Shown: positions 15,001 to 20,357 of the stretch, piece by piece
Numbering within the stretch: position 1 is the first letter of the stretch
Layout of the letters: each line of letters begins with the position of its first letter
NCBI GenBank assembly: GCA_946055075.1
Contig: CAMGEN010000005.1
Span: 2,098-66,097 of the forward strand
Direction: 5' to 3'
Source: an uncultured Verrucomicrobiota bacterium
GTDB lineage: Bacteria > Verrucomicrobiota > Kiritimatiellia > RFP12 > UBA1067
Length of the DNA stretch: 64,000 nucleotides
The notes under the pieces: model-generated
What the model was told of the DNA's origin: nothing
Databases searched by the model: none
The model's input: the letters and a program-made list of their open reading frames with translations, nothing else
Position numbers and translations under genes: made by a program

Positions 15001-17101
15001 CGGCAGCAGATCGGATTCGCTCGGTGGTGACGAGGATTCCGGTGTTGTTGTCAAGAAGCCGACGCAGCTCATCCATAACGGCGGCGTTCGTGAGGGTCGG
15101 AATACCTTCGTCGTATTCGCCGACCTCGATGGCAATCAGATGTACACTGCCGGTGAGCCCTTTGGCGTTGTCAATAATGTCAATGTTGGCTGGAACGCTG
15201 CCGAGTTCATGGTTGAGCTTACGGATACTCATCCCGTCTTCGCGCGTCTTGACATCACCGATGCGGTCAACGACCGCGAAGATAAGTATGGCGAAGAGAG
15301 CGGAAACTGGGATCAGGTGACGGGTGGCCATGTCTCCGGCGGCGACCTTGAGCGTGTCCGCGTGGTCCGCACCCTCATCGACGGCATCGGCGTTGATGAC
15401 CCGATCCTCGTGGGTGTTGGTGTCCATAATGGCAATCGTGTTGTCATGGATAAGTGGCTTGATGTCGCGAACTGCCGTTGCGTGATTCACGAAGGCGACT
15501 TCCTCACCAACGGATGCTTTGACATCGACTGGGAGTTCTTCGACGCAGATATCGGTCCGGCCATCGGCAAGAAGTATAATCGCGTGATCGGAACGACGAC
15601 TGATTTCTATGGCAATCCGCAGCCGATAACCGAAGAGGTCACCATTGCTGGCACCAGTGTCGTGTATCGCGTCGTGCTCGGCAACTGCGATATCTCGACG
15701 GCTTTGACGAACAATCTCGTCGCGACCGCGATCGTTCGTAAGTATGACTTCGAGCGCGTCGTCGCGATTCCCGTCAGTGTTGACAACGATAACGGCGTTG
15801 TCTACTCTGCGGCTCCGACCTTCAACTGGAAGATGCCGTATAATCTCAACAGCTATACCGCGTTCGAGCTTGAGATCGCCGATGCTGATACGGGCGCGAC
15901 GGTTTACGATTCCGGTATGCGCCTCGTGCCGGTGATGAAGGGCGGCATGTACAGCTGGAAGGCCGACCCGATCGTCGGAATCTTCCTCGCTAAGAGTGGC
16001 AATTGGAAGTGGCGCGTCGCGATGTGCAATGCCAAGTTCAAGACGCCGTTGTGGTCTGATTACGCGAACTTCTCGACCGCTGTCAATACGCAGCAGCCGC
16101 TGAACGATCACGGCTACTCGTCGATCGGCGTCAGCGTCAAGTACACCGGACCGAGCGCGGTCCTCAATCAGCTCGCTGCGGAAGGCAAGGTCGGCAAGCT
16201 CGTGATTGAGGCGTACACCGCGAACGACTTCTCCGGCGCGCCTGTCGCCGCCGCTTACGCGACCGACAAGACCTCCGTCTCTGATCCTTCGATCCTCACC
16301 AATGACGCGGTGCTGGTCGGTCTCGATGCGAATGGCACCTACTATATTCGCGCATTCATCGATTCGAATGGCAACGGCGTCAAGGATGACTTCGAGTCGT
16401 GGGGCTACTCCTCCGAGGCGATCAAGCTCGCCGGACGGACCACGGTGCCGGTCGTCGGCTTCTATCTTGAGGACGCCGATACCGACGGCGACTGGTTGCC
16501 GGATGCCTGGGAGTATGCGGAAGCCGGCTGGACCGGTGATTGGGAGGATGTCAAGAAGCAGAAGGAAGCCGAAGTGCTGAGTGACGGCAAGGTGCTGTTC
16601 TCGACCACTCTCGAAACGGATGCGATTTCGAAGCTTACCGGTTTCTCCAGTTACGCCAAGGGCGCTTCGCTGACGATCTTCGAGAACGGCTCCGCTGTGA
16701 CTGGACTTATCGGCGATGGTAGTCTGAGCGCTGGCGGATGGACTTTTGATTCGATCCGTGAAGCGGTCAATGGAGAAATCAAGGTTCGGGAGGATTCCGT
16801 TAAGATTGCCGCCGTTACTCTTGATTACGCGACCGGCAAGGTACACCTCTTCGTCGATGCCGAGGTTGCCATGTCGCTTGCCGGCAAGACGCTGAGCCAG
16901 ATCTACGCGATAACCCCTGGTTCTACCAAGACGGTGAGTATCAAGATCTTCCGCAAGGCTTCGCTCGCGCAGGCTGCCTGGGTGCTGGTCGATACTAAAA
17001 CGGCTTCGGTCGGTGCTGATGCGGTCGAGGTGACCGTCGATACGGGAATTGGTCCGGCCGATATTCAGAGCGGCTTCTACAAGGTCGAGGTTTGCGAATA
17101 A
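1..17101 (+). CDS. giant secreted/surface mosaic protein (>5,665 aa, 5' end outside window): thrombospondin-type-3-like Ca-binding repeats, LamG/ConA-like domain, PKD/Ig-like and repeated beta-sandwich modules
   Basis: The frame of ORF 104..17101 has no stop codon back to nt 2, so TTG-104 is only the first start-like codon and the gene continues upstream. Translation shows more than 20 DxDxDGxxDxxE motifs (e.g. DTDGDGLPDGWE ~3337-3372, DLDHDGMPDWWE ~7486-7521, DTDGDGMPDGWE ~10040-10075). There is a LamG-like block (FTVECWAKA...YIDEVRIWDG, ~5830-6540) and a PKD-like block (~1660-1940). Confidence 0.85.
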   Translation, partial: DTKSEGIGFYPVVQEAAPAAIYEPGDRALLQINSLHAPVILQPKTDHDYGTVSGAAGEGFDISLLVNDCLRDMENTNGFTVTFGGALKAQPATNIVFTAGETFDFTVTGYDKKKEGLQIATIKVTEPAEPGVTPKSAIVQVYFTVAVEKDKLVYVSLYDTTAATSLHDGTLFTEGTAPIPMFYVNEPMSAGESIYFFLRPLNDASSNLVNCAAFTQGVELVGGQTNTVRSSAFAMSLTDGCALTESTGSLEYEIFARTSPKLDEGSASNLYIPAQKLVINVANVFPLQEGLYIAGNPNSVPNGGHYLTPISSSVTNSYVAAVTDVSEVDITNGLYVIWNFTEGYAFAPSYEYAWTFATNDTVQCMHAFETEDATQTVQYVAIDKDMLAVLGGTNAFNNLQTLWPRLVKMVGKEGIYKATVYVSNRPYIKLLDENDSDTFVIDEDVDKNDGHTLKVMLSEPAMQNLQLKVKVKSYSDYTDAKQIGTLKFNTETLAIAKGKTVLTGEFKELKYDYHNLDGAPGSSDAGFFVTVEVVSPAALTNYYQRAEAEIYINNRPPVISPKQGEVITTNKTIAAGEPFALEWSAKDEKIDMASGLTAKWYIDDMIQNALTVVGITNNEARVTSNIVINAEGLHEVKLVVSDKDGEDYDGIAERRWLYYIAPTKKLQIRPFGPASTTESYYDGAAGVGKGRVFADGTRSTVQAFVQTWFYNVETSEANMYAAGYPSAAAPYADNGLLGTGTPKRDLALNPFGEKWTSGDYYQYDGEYDNFFYRWVYVGVGSDGGAPTSQYSKVEIQTVSGQEAIAPPYKLTPFEANKVGYETRIVEAVFSREMKKQDNLGDINADGVPDLFIKMYKFNVFDAQGNLIGDDAGIDSLAAWDDGDYLPGSTNLSVQAAWGVTNTWNIDALPFDTVMELRGMDGANSHFNDAYEILSAGIGTGKSMALIADVKADKMFTMPYYNATTGVQTNDSTLSVVEYIAFTNYCAKMGWDPADESHWGLQNGSYDASWSPERPTDPTMADTDGDLLSDGFEYFLWYHAHVGELVDGKLVQLVGRRYNQYDPGRPIVISSEEIERLFDPLTKSIDVNTRDTDNDGLTDLEEFALGTSPIDWDTDGDGLPDGWEVHYLHSDPLKYATVGTQCDALMNEDKDAMAWMEAEMHMVAEIVLDAEGKIIGTNNVYLSDEEFATIGNADSNRYLRVDQGADFFCYTGWVYGVNGPWAIRTPGTTNITAMTNVLVSKDEKVKVVRLHYQVYHHEGFDPRTGWNMAPCKDNHILNTKDYTALDEFLLQAFYWCNFGILPEDMATASYAIDGKTNKKSILDLWAKTCTDPNKADTDDDSMPDGWELYVQAPVEASGKAPDPETYGPKCIFSPKVTYYTEPPPLANDGLLWPEEFAGIESCFRYSECPTIVNPHPEWQNKVWPTDPWVDDTDGDGVIDGEERSHFVYGDKVRGDEEFDDCIEGGGLNPNFWDTDLDMLPDPWEVEFEGANETTDTPASTNIIENADGTLSTNVTEATSTTAWNGGMNGTLNDAMLDYDNDGLKNWQEYMVGTMRCWRYDDTITTWTFHEPDLGRIAACDNEYIYGLIVNPESPDYNPGLRGKHVHPGVYMSWCNNKWDPRYGKFYYLKDGIYHDLKIEAGLEETMHQNRWHRQVPLMPPPPFSISKNYPSKYICCDPRNRDTDADGMDDFYELFHGLNPLYGTIDIVSESWDVADAIPWTAINNYWTYSVGRTRTDYELRLKGNTNSPYDFFQYPWLAGEPTADPDGDNIRNIYESIQSHMQAESTFLHTDPTPLWMTDMSYPDSLTYRFYYMMDPYWNLGGVGLFIHPTGMFTHTVVDENGVEHTTTYELNDFPWLHWDAATGICEVNYDIDYWSILDTMYSFEQNEGYDTDGDYLGDFEESQGKTKSASNPQDFDDPLRRQAMYFGGKDDPGFLQTSLVFNEMTPSGGIAPEDHMFLYFTVECWAKADASGLESPDLQVMVERPIWTGAANAADESYLRKNFLIGLKGGRWYTKFDSTGVDRKQAVEITDGPAATTNWTHIAATYDGTALKLYVNGVCCNTHKTSIQPEHGVAAAFHDFGLDPPDDTKRTDVIWADEIGNRAVVYQMISILIGADAKTYYGIAPDLAWHERSIMTGVAPYYFSEASAATLNDYTGYFKGYIDEVRIWDGARPAADILSDVKTRKRYNRDDALSNRSKVLGEIRSGRGRSPLSTAMLSPELRYHWSFDHMPGAVDAADVSALPAGFKTSDGTADGMAVWARPVKVDGSRWVTPWLLSIDESIRSRIYTDLAWVPWIRNTVSHLPRVDGLTRDSLFWSENFAGGVPATAYGLPNYDFARTAEPQCSWYQQLYVRPDGTIYSQDYPTYKGDLYQFAMRETHTEGDDLIPLGGVYAKRISATEGGMWDDLGAADAWAETVVDSDHNGLPDWWEQYARQNLSADLRPWDDFMWDTTVIYNGLEMPAWRAYLRDLALGLLPDGKYHDGTNGTLDYRDTRDLDHDGMPDWWEDMYGIDTGSVADAKADPDNDGLSNYQEYRIEQDSLYMLNPSLTRTFVGQVETDYFLQTTNAEGRAVYLGELYADHDFMEDDVEDVNGYDRTRYDAYADPDEDGWSNFAEMRYAGFKMDTAARFATHYFAQTEVKDFPIPVVHATLRYHGDTGTGSATNMIYVEAYSGNNLQKSPSAVYAVTPGSTQSRTIYLGEYSDRVYHGTLTPGHVQAGKDNIQLEGCFIQQNEKWTWLAGGVMNFGTYEEMYRAFCADPTIQITRQENQWFQLQSMLSSQAVLQISVDDKTQKGYLYLDYSRVGEIDMITGDFSIDLTPIRDYFMADTLVAVPQLFFRINYKSMLPTMQNNKLTISLAEPDQGILNEGKTAFVAWMDKDGNGVYTPGVDPIGFVKDVEVGWDQVPAIDIEMTDASQAAGQRFSYATASNDVVRVVRIGVNGETEGFQPRIIFSRDRNAMTRDYVFEGDLVSGGKYGLDWDNLRADLQALEGVKLRDVTSVNYAVVDGACSMQNLDTNLFITTFAVNYTSEPVKPTVYSPSEKADGIVETVRPTFRWTGADGYTAFRLQIYDETGATKLYDSDVQTLPARDSSSRYYWTAPVFIGTNVLADAWALDNHKSYKWRVAMYNQKFSETTDGASLWSDWATMRAELADTNDKSTLYGTVKTVVKYFGPATNTLDQVVVQLFKNADLTGVPAAQTRLFDVSGDISDLTNGIEVVFHGLEDGEYYACAFIDRADPETGAGDCIRQRYETWGYSAQVGLGYSNIWNPLGAKSAAESVKIPSVTVYMEDTDVNGDDILDWDQDEELLKVASTSAGESALAGDSDGDGLSDFDEGDKSYTKANMWDTDGDGMPDGWEYLFAGTDPLTADADKVVDGDLMAYAEYASRVITVRATATGAEETYIIPGTNEYFIGDNVNGQQFYSTFDYNGSYGRGGLVTVEDSEQYNLVTITNTLGGAEYKVIFEIDNPVVGVGTNVNEETGWIPEGPDGGPYTLGAKTNLNVTVLAETNLVTAVETIDISLGENRVIAIDNAAKVVLVHAQVYDEFGFTQTTAVDPADEHTKPFTALDKYLVIRYLSAIGIGPGEEEINKKKLWKYYSLIPMVKDGDGISDLTDDKSAIKQVKDATDKYGDGIADGWELYVMFGTNGVTNVVASATMKPAETEINPWKYGDRSLDVDGDALDLVHEYSDGKDPSDPWDPYSVYKLILAEGVIEAETLPFLDSEVRRFGVKKDDIDDDWDLDMISNGQEVWGYYKDRVALADICETNAWSDGFTPDYFRALTNLTPVTYLGEIYNGAEFIEPQVRKLFGIQDLQRAGTRDLYNSGWDIWSIVRGSIYKREQTGVGEVSEDLSYCVKFLYAVWPDEFTGATQDDVIQFVNDHYQANVSTLDGVITTLGGMDYIKRTVKEHSANSFDVAGYAIPEPEVNVKFRYYGNDAHDIVVEAYQTSSTYPERGEQMTASWSVAPLFDSGTAYVTLKATSKGTLKQGKCRFLAYIDNDGSSTFSAADTFAVATANIGFAGAYVEMTLGDPNLGFPAFTFNDGSNFVSQIKIVRTHINGMPFLDEDGNGPHTVYHREFANNVERLTVFPDDYIWDGTRDDAGTIAHYIGVDKGIDINTGKYKKYAGFDVESVTYEILEGIGPFTVSNLTEYAVITSNKVNEGWVFKTNVVSGIGGNKTFTINYSKKRDIADVNVFADQLEDGDVYAAFTIPTDTPATKFWLKWDGTTYPSGSGIDLKNFSGRKITCTEDTGYPISGSANGLVRIKLSDYLPEGEALVGVHELRICLGNDRFSSVGADNEWSQAATFSVGEKATRNGKITVIVKHPLTSFGNNVTVAVYDRPDFANPVAIVRDGNGSTDSEITINNLRENGEYYVAAWYIKDDADGRSGEVDSAGVPISDATVRMPYDTWGYVSAIGTVTNGFNALAIKAESKVSVTNYVWLQDTDWNDNGKIDRSEDFFDIDGITLKGGGTKMLYIDDFDLDGLPDNYEEQEEAPEEEEEDTDNKVTSKDVMAYYEASDMLFVGLSNTGGDSNLVWCAVVDRDGIDHSFTLNDGSLQLQTPASALGTLYSTYDYYYSGASPRKDSSKWQGIGTNVTYDSTWTVQRMRTGKAKFVHAQVYSLFGFDPKTCVGDDDAVNTKNFTRNDRYLVCRYLEAIGVEGVSEKDMSDSGNWIWSLKAGNKLDQDRDSVADGWELYVMFGPDTAKYDFANGSSITAADLTNSVPAQIISPFDGRDGQAYSYADQQAFPAGAAEDSTNLWLKIAQEFDNGQSPTDPWTIDSDADGIADYIAFYYNVKGANSAKDDDGDGLSNYAEYLISEVFRFTKLDPKNAKTDGACIDYFRKAGEFYFGEMFTDHDRVNDNWEDYFGAKWTNSGIFDPFDDPDDDGWSNYAEFMAGTDPTYGRRADTVNPTNGELIVEASYPVPTIKATIVYNGSASIGSSSFLIKAWTDAEMKGAPDAAWVAAVGATNTPSVTTGRAVTFMLKDPEPVVASAGDAENGGSRSDSLGGDEDSGVVVKKPTQLIHNGGVREGRNTFVVFADLDGNQMYTAGEPFGVVNNVNVGWNAAEFMVELTDTHPVFARLDITDAVNDREDKYGEESGNWDQVTGGHVSGGDLERVRVVRTLIDGIGVDDPILVGVGVHNGNRVVMDKWLDVANCRCVIHEGDFLTNGCFDIDWEFFDADIGPAIGKKYNRVIGTTTDFYGNPQPITEEVTIAGTSVVYRVVLGNCDISTALTNNLVATAIVRKYDFERVVAIPVSVDNDNGVVYSAAPTFNWKMPYNLNSYTAFELEIADADTGATVYDSGMRLVPVMKGGMYSWKADPIVGIFLAKSGNWKWRVAMCNAKFKTPLWSDYANFSTAVNTQQPLNDHGYSSIGVSVKYTGPSAVLNQLAAEGKVGKLVIEAYTANDFSGAPVAAAYATDKTSVSDPSILTNDAVLVGLDANGTYYIRAFIDSNGNGVKDDFESWGYSSEAIKLAGRTTVPVVGFYLEDADTDGDWLPDAWEYAEAGWTGDWEDVKKQKEAEVLSDGKVLFSTTLETDAISKLTGFSSYAKGASLTIFENGSAVTGLIGDGSLSAGGWTFDSIREAVNGEIKVREDSVKIAAVTLDYATGKVHLFVDAEVAMSLAGKTLSQIYAITPGSTKTVSIKIFRKASLAQAAWVLVDTKTASVGADAVEVTVDTGIGPADIQSGFYKVEVCE

Positions 17102-17138
17102 GCTTAAGTATCCAATAGAATTCAGGAATCGAAATTAA

Positions 17139-18275
17139 ATGAAGAAGGCAATCAACAAGGTTCTCGTCATCAATTCCGGCTCGTCGAGCTTGAAGTACCA
17201 GCTCTTCGATATGAAGAAGGGCGTTCGTTTGGCGAAGGGACTCGTCGAGCGTATCGGCTGCGGCGGCCCTAAGGATCATTCAGAAGCGCTTAAGACCGTT
17301 GTCGCCCAGCTTGGCGATCTCGCGAAGGGTATTGACGCGATTGGACACCGCATTCTCCATGGTGGTGAGGTGTTTAAGGATTCCGCACTTATGAACAAGG
17401 CGAACATGGCGAAGGCCAAGAAGCTCGTCAAGTTCGGTCCGCTCCATATGCCGGCCAATCTCGGCGGTATTGAGGCGTGCGAGAAAATCTTCAAGGGCGT
17501 TCCGAACGTTGGCGTCTTCGATACGGCCTTTCATATTGCCACCATGCCCGATTGCGCCGGTATGTACGCGATTGATCCGAAGTACTATAAGAAGATGGGT
17601 ATCCGCAAGTACGGGTTCCACGGCACTTCGCACAAGTTCATCACCCAGGAGGCGGCCAAGTTCCTCAAGAAGCCGCTTGCTAAGGTTAACCTCGTTACCT
17701 GTCATCTCGGCAACGGCTCTTCGCTCGCCGCGATCAAGGACGGCGGAGTTGTTGATACGACGATGGGTCTTACCCCGCTTGCGGGACTCGTGATGGGGAC
17801 TCGTTGCGGTGATATCGACGCTGCGGCCGTGCTCGCTATCATGGAAGCAGAGAAGAAGACTCCGGCGGAGATGGATACGCTCCTCAACAAGAAGTCGGGT
17901 CTTCTCGCTCTCGCCGGATCCTCCGACTGCCGTGATCTCTGCGCAGGCGCTGCGAAGGGATGCAAGCAGTGTGAACTCGCGCTCGAAATGCTCGCCTACC
18001 GTGTCGCTCTCTATATCGGCGCGTACAACACCGTTATCGGTGGAGCGGACGCAATCATCATGACCGGTGGCATCGGCGAGAACTCGTCCGAAGTCCGTGA
18101 GAAGATCATCGCCCGTCTTGGTGCGCTCGGCATTAAGCTTGACAAGAAGGCCAACAAGGTTCGTGGTGAGGTCAAGATCATTTCCGCGAAGGGTTCGAAG
18201 ATCCCCGTGATCGTTATGCCCACCAACGAGGAGCTCATGATCGCGAAGGATACGCTCCGCGTCCTTTCGAAGTAA
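17139..18275 (+). CDS. ackA: acetate kinase
   Basis: 378 aa. N-terminal VLVINSGSSSLKYQLF, plus FDTAFH and GFHGTSH motifs typical of the acetate/propionate kinase family. Followed directly by pta. Confidence 0.93.
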   Translation: MKKAINKVLVINSGSSSLKYQLFDMKKGVRLAKGLVERIGCGGPKDHSEALKTVVAQLGDLAKGIDAIGHRILHGGEVFKDSALMNKANMAKAKKLVKFGPLHMPANLGGIEACEKIFKGVPNVGVFDTAFHIATMPDCAGMYAIDPKYYKKMGIRKYGFHGTSHKFITQEAAKFLKKPLAKVNLVTCHLGNGSSLAAIKDGGVVDTTMGLTPLAGLVMGTRCGDIDAAAVLAIMEAEKKTPAEMDTLLNKKSGLLALAGSSDCRDLCAGAAKGCKQCELALEMLAYRVALYIGAYNTVIGGADAIIMTGGIGENSSEVREKIIARLGALGIKLDKKANKVRGEVKIISAKGSKIPVIVMPTNEELMIAKDTLRVLSK

Positions 18276-18280
18276 CCTCA

Positions 18281-18309
18281 TTCTCCAACTCCAACTTTTT
18301 CTCCAACTT
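18281..18309 (+). repeat. single-arm family-B element (CTCCAAC-TCCAAC-N5-CTCCAAC) in the pta leader
   Basis: CTCCAAC 18283-89, TCCAAC 18290-95, TTTTT, CTCCAAC 18301-07. It ends 6 nt before ATG-18314. Confidence 0.75.
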
Positions 18310-18313
18310 AGAA

Positions 18314-19351
18314 ATGAACGCAATCAAGAATATTATCGAGAAGGCCAGCAAGTTGAACGGCAAGGTCGTCCTGCCTGAAGGACAGGATCCCCGTGTCATT
18401 ACCGCCGCATGCGCGTGTGTGGAGCGCAAGATTTGCTCGGTCGTCGTACTCGGCACCCCTGCTGAAATCGCCGACGCAGAAGCCAAGGCCGGTAAGAAGC
18501 TTTCCGACTTCGGAATCCCTGCGGTCGACTACACACAGGGCGATGCCGAACTTGAAAATCTTTATCTTGAGTCTTGGAACGCCAAGGAGTCGAAAAAGCC
18601 TGTGGAGAAGCAGAAACTCATCGACCTCGCCGGCGCTCAGAAGACGCTTCGCACCAAGCGCATCTATTTTGGCGGCATGATGGTGAAGACTGGTCGTGTC
18701 AACGGACTCGTCGCCGGCTCTATCGCTTCCACCGGCGACATGCTTCGCGCCGCGTTTCATACGCTCGGAACCCAGAAAGGAGTGAAGACCGCGTCTTCCT
18801 GCTTTATTCTCGACCTCGCGGCGCCGACGGCATCCGGAGATGTCGTTCTCGCTTTTGGTGATTGTGCCGTGATTCCCAACCCGACGGCCGAGCAGCTCGT
18901 CGACATCGGCCTCGCCACGGCTCAGACCTATAAAGATCTTACCGGCAACGAGCCGCGTGTCGCGTATCTGTCGTTTTCCACGAAGGGCAGTGCGGCCGGC
19001 GATATGGTTGAGAAGGTTCAGAAGGCGGTCGAGCTCGCCCGCCCTGTTTTCGCCGAGAAGGGTATCAAGATGGACGGCGAACTACAGTTCGATGCAGCCA
19101 TCGTTCCTTCGACCGGCAAACAGAAGAATCCTAACGGCGAGATTCAGGGTAACGCCAATGTCTTCATCTTTCCCGACCTTAATGCCGGTAACATTGGCTA
19201 CAAGATCGCGCAACGCCTCGGTAAGGCTGACGCGATCGGTCCGAATCTTCAGGGTCTTGCCAAGGCGATGAATGATCTCTCTCGTGGCTGCAATGCAGAA
19301 GATATTGTTGGAACTATCGCGGTAACGCTTCTTCAGTCTACGACTAAATGA
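18314..19351 (+). CDS. pta: phosphate acetyltransferase (short PTA_PTB form)
   Basis: 345 aa with PTA_PTB-like sequence (GMMVKTGRVNGLVAGSIASTGDMLR, NVFIFPDLNAGNIGYKIAQRL). Classic ackA-pta pairing. Confidence 0.9.
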   Translation: MNAIKNIIEKASKLNGKVVLPEGQDPRVITAACACVERKICSVVVLGTPAEIADAEAKAGKKLSDFGIPAVDYTQGDAELENLYLESWNAKESKKPVEKQKLIDLAGAQKTLRTKRIYFGGMMVKTGRVNGLVAGSIASTGDMLRAAFHTLGTQKGVKTASSCFILDLAAPTASGDVVLAFGDCAVIPNPTAEQLVDIGLATAQTYKDLTGNEPRVAYLSFSTKGSAAGDMVEKVQKAVELARPVFAEKGIKMDGELQFDAAIVPSTGKQKNPNGEIQGNANVFIFPDLNAGNIGYKIAQRLGKADAIGPNLQGLAKAMNDLSRGCNAEDIVGTIAVTLLQSTTK

Positions 19352-20334
19352 TGACAGATAAGCAGATGCTGGAGCGCGCAGCGCAGGTTTTCGATATCGA
19401 GATCAGGGGTCTCGAATCGGTAAAGGCTTCGCTTGATGCCAGCTTCACTACGGCGATTGAGATGATGCTGTCCGCTCAGTCGGAAGGCGGCATTGTCGTC
19501 GTGACTGGTGTTGGCAAGAATCTGCACATCGCGGAGAAGATGTCCGCCATCTTTTCGTCGACCGGTACGCGCTCCATCGTCCTCAATCCTGTGCAGGCGA
19601 TGCACGGCGATCTAGGCATGGTGTCGGCGAAGGATGTTCTTATCGCGCTTTCCTTCTCCGGTGAGTCCGCCGAGGTCAATAACCTTATACCGGCAATTCG
19701 CCGGCACGGTCTCAAGGTGATCTCGATGACTCGCGACCCAGAGTCGACTCTTGCCAAGCTCTCGGATTGTCATATCGCGATTCCATGTGGTAAGGAGGCA
19801 TGTCCGTTCGGCATGGCGCCGACGAATTCCACTACCGCCACTATGGCCATGGGCGACGCCCTCGCGATGGTGATGATTGATGCGCAGCAGTTCAAGATCG
19901 AGGCCTACGCGATGAATCATCCTGCCGGTGCGATCGGAAGGGCGCTAGTGATGAAGGTTACTGACATCATGCGCACCGGGGAAAAGCTTGCCGTGGTCGC
20001 TCCGTCTGCTAGTGTGCTTGAAACCGTAATGGCGATGACCAAGGCGAAGGGAGGCGCGGCGGCGATCGCCGATGAAGGTGGAAAGCTGCTTGGCGTTTTC
20101 ACCGACGGTGACTTCCGCCGAGTGATGAGCGCTGGTGAGAGCTCGGTCCTGCAGGATGACATCGCTTCCCACATGACGAAGTCCCCGATGTTTGTCTACG
20201 ACGATGCTTACGCGGCGGAGCTTCTGAAGATCTTCGAGAAGAAGCACATCGATGACCTTCCGGTGTGTGATCGGTCCGGCAGGGTGGTTGGACTCGTCGA
20301 CATCCAGGATCTGCCCAAGATGAAGGTACTTTAA
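19348..20334 (+). CDS. kdsD: KpsF/GutQ-family arabinose-5-phosphate isomerase (SIS + tandem CBS)
   Basis: 328 aa. SIS motif VVVTGVGKNLHIAEKMSAIFSSTGT, then two CBS-like repeats at the C-terminus. ATGA overlap with the pta stop. Confidence 0.85.
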   Translation: MMTDKQMLERAAQVFDIEIRGLESVKASLDASFTTAIEMMLSAQSEGGIVVVTGVGKNLHIAEKMSAIFSSTGTRSIVLNPVQAMHGDLGMVSAKDVLIALSFSGESAEVNNLIPAIRRHGLKVISMTRDPESTLAKLSDCHIAIPCGKEACPFGMAPTNSTTATMAMGDALAMVMIDAQQFKIEAYAMNHPAGAIGRALVMKVTDIMRTGEKLAVVAPSASVLETVMAMTKAKGGAAAIADEGGKLLGVFTDGDFRRVMSAGESSVLQDDIASHMTKSPMFVYDDAYAAELLKIFEKKHIDDLPVCDRSGRVVGLVDIQDLPKMKVL

Positions 20335-20357
20335 TCAAAAAGCTAAGGAGGTCAGAC

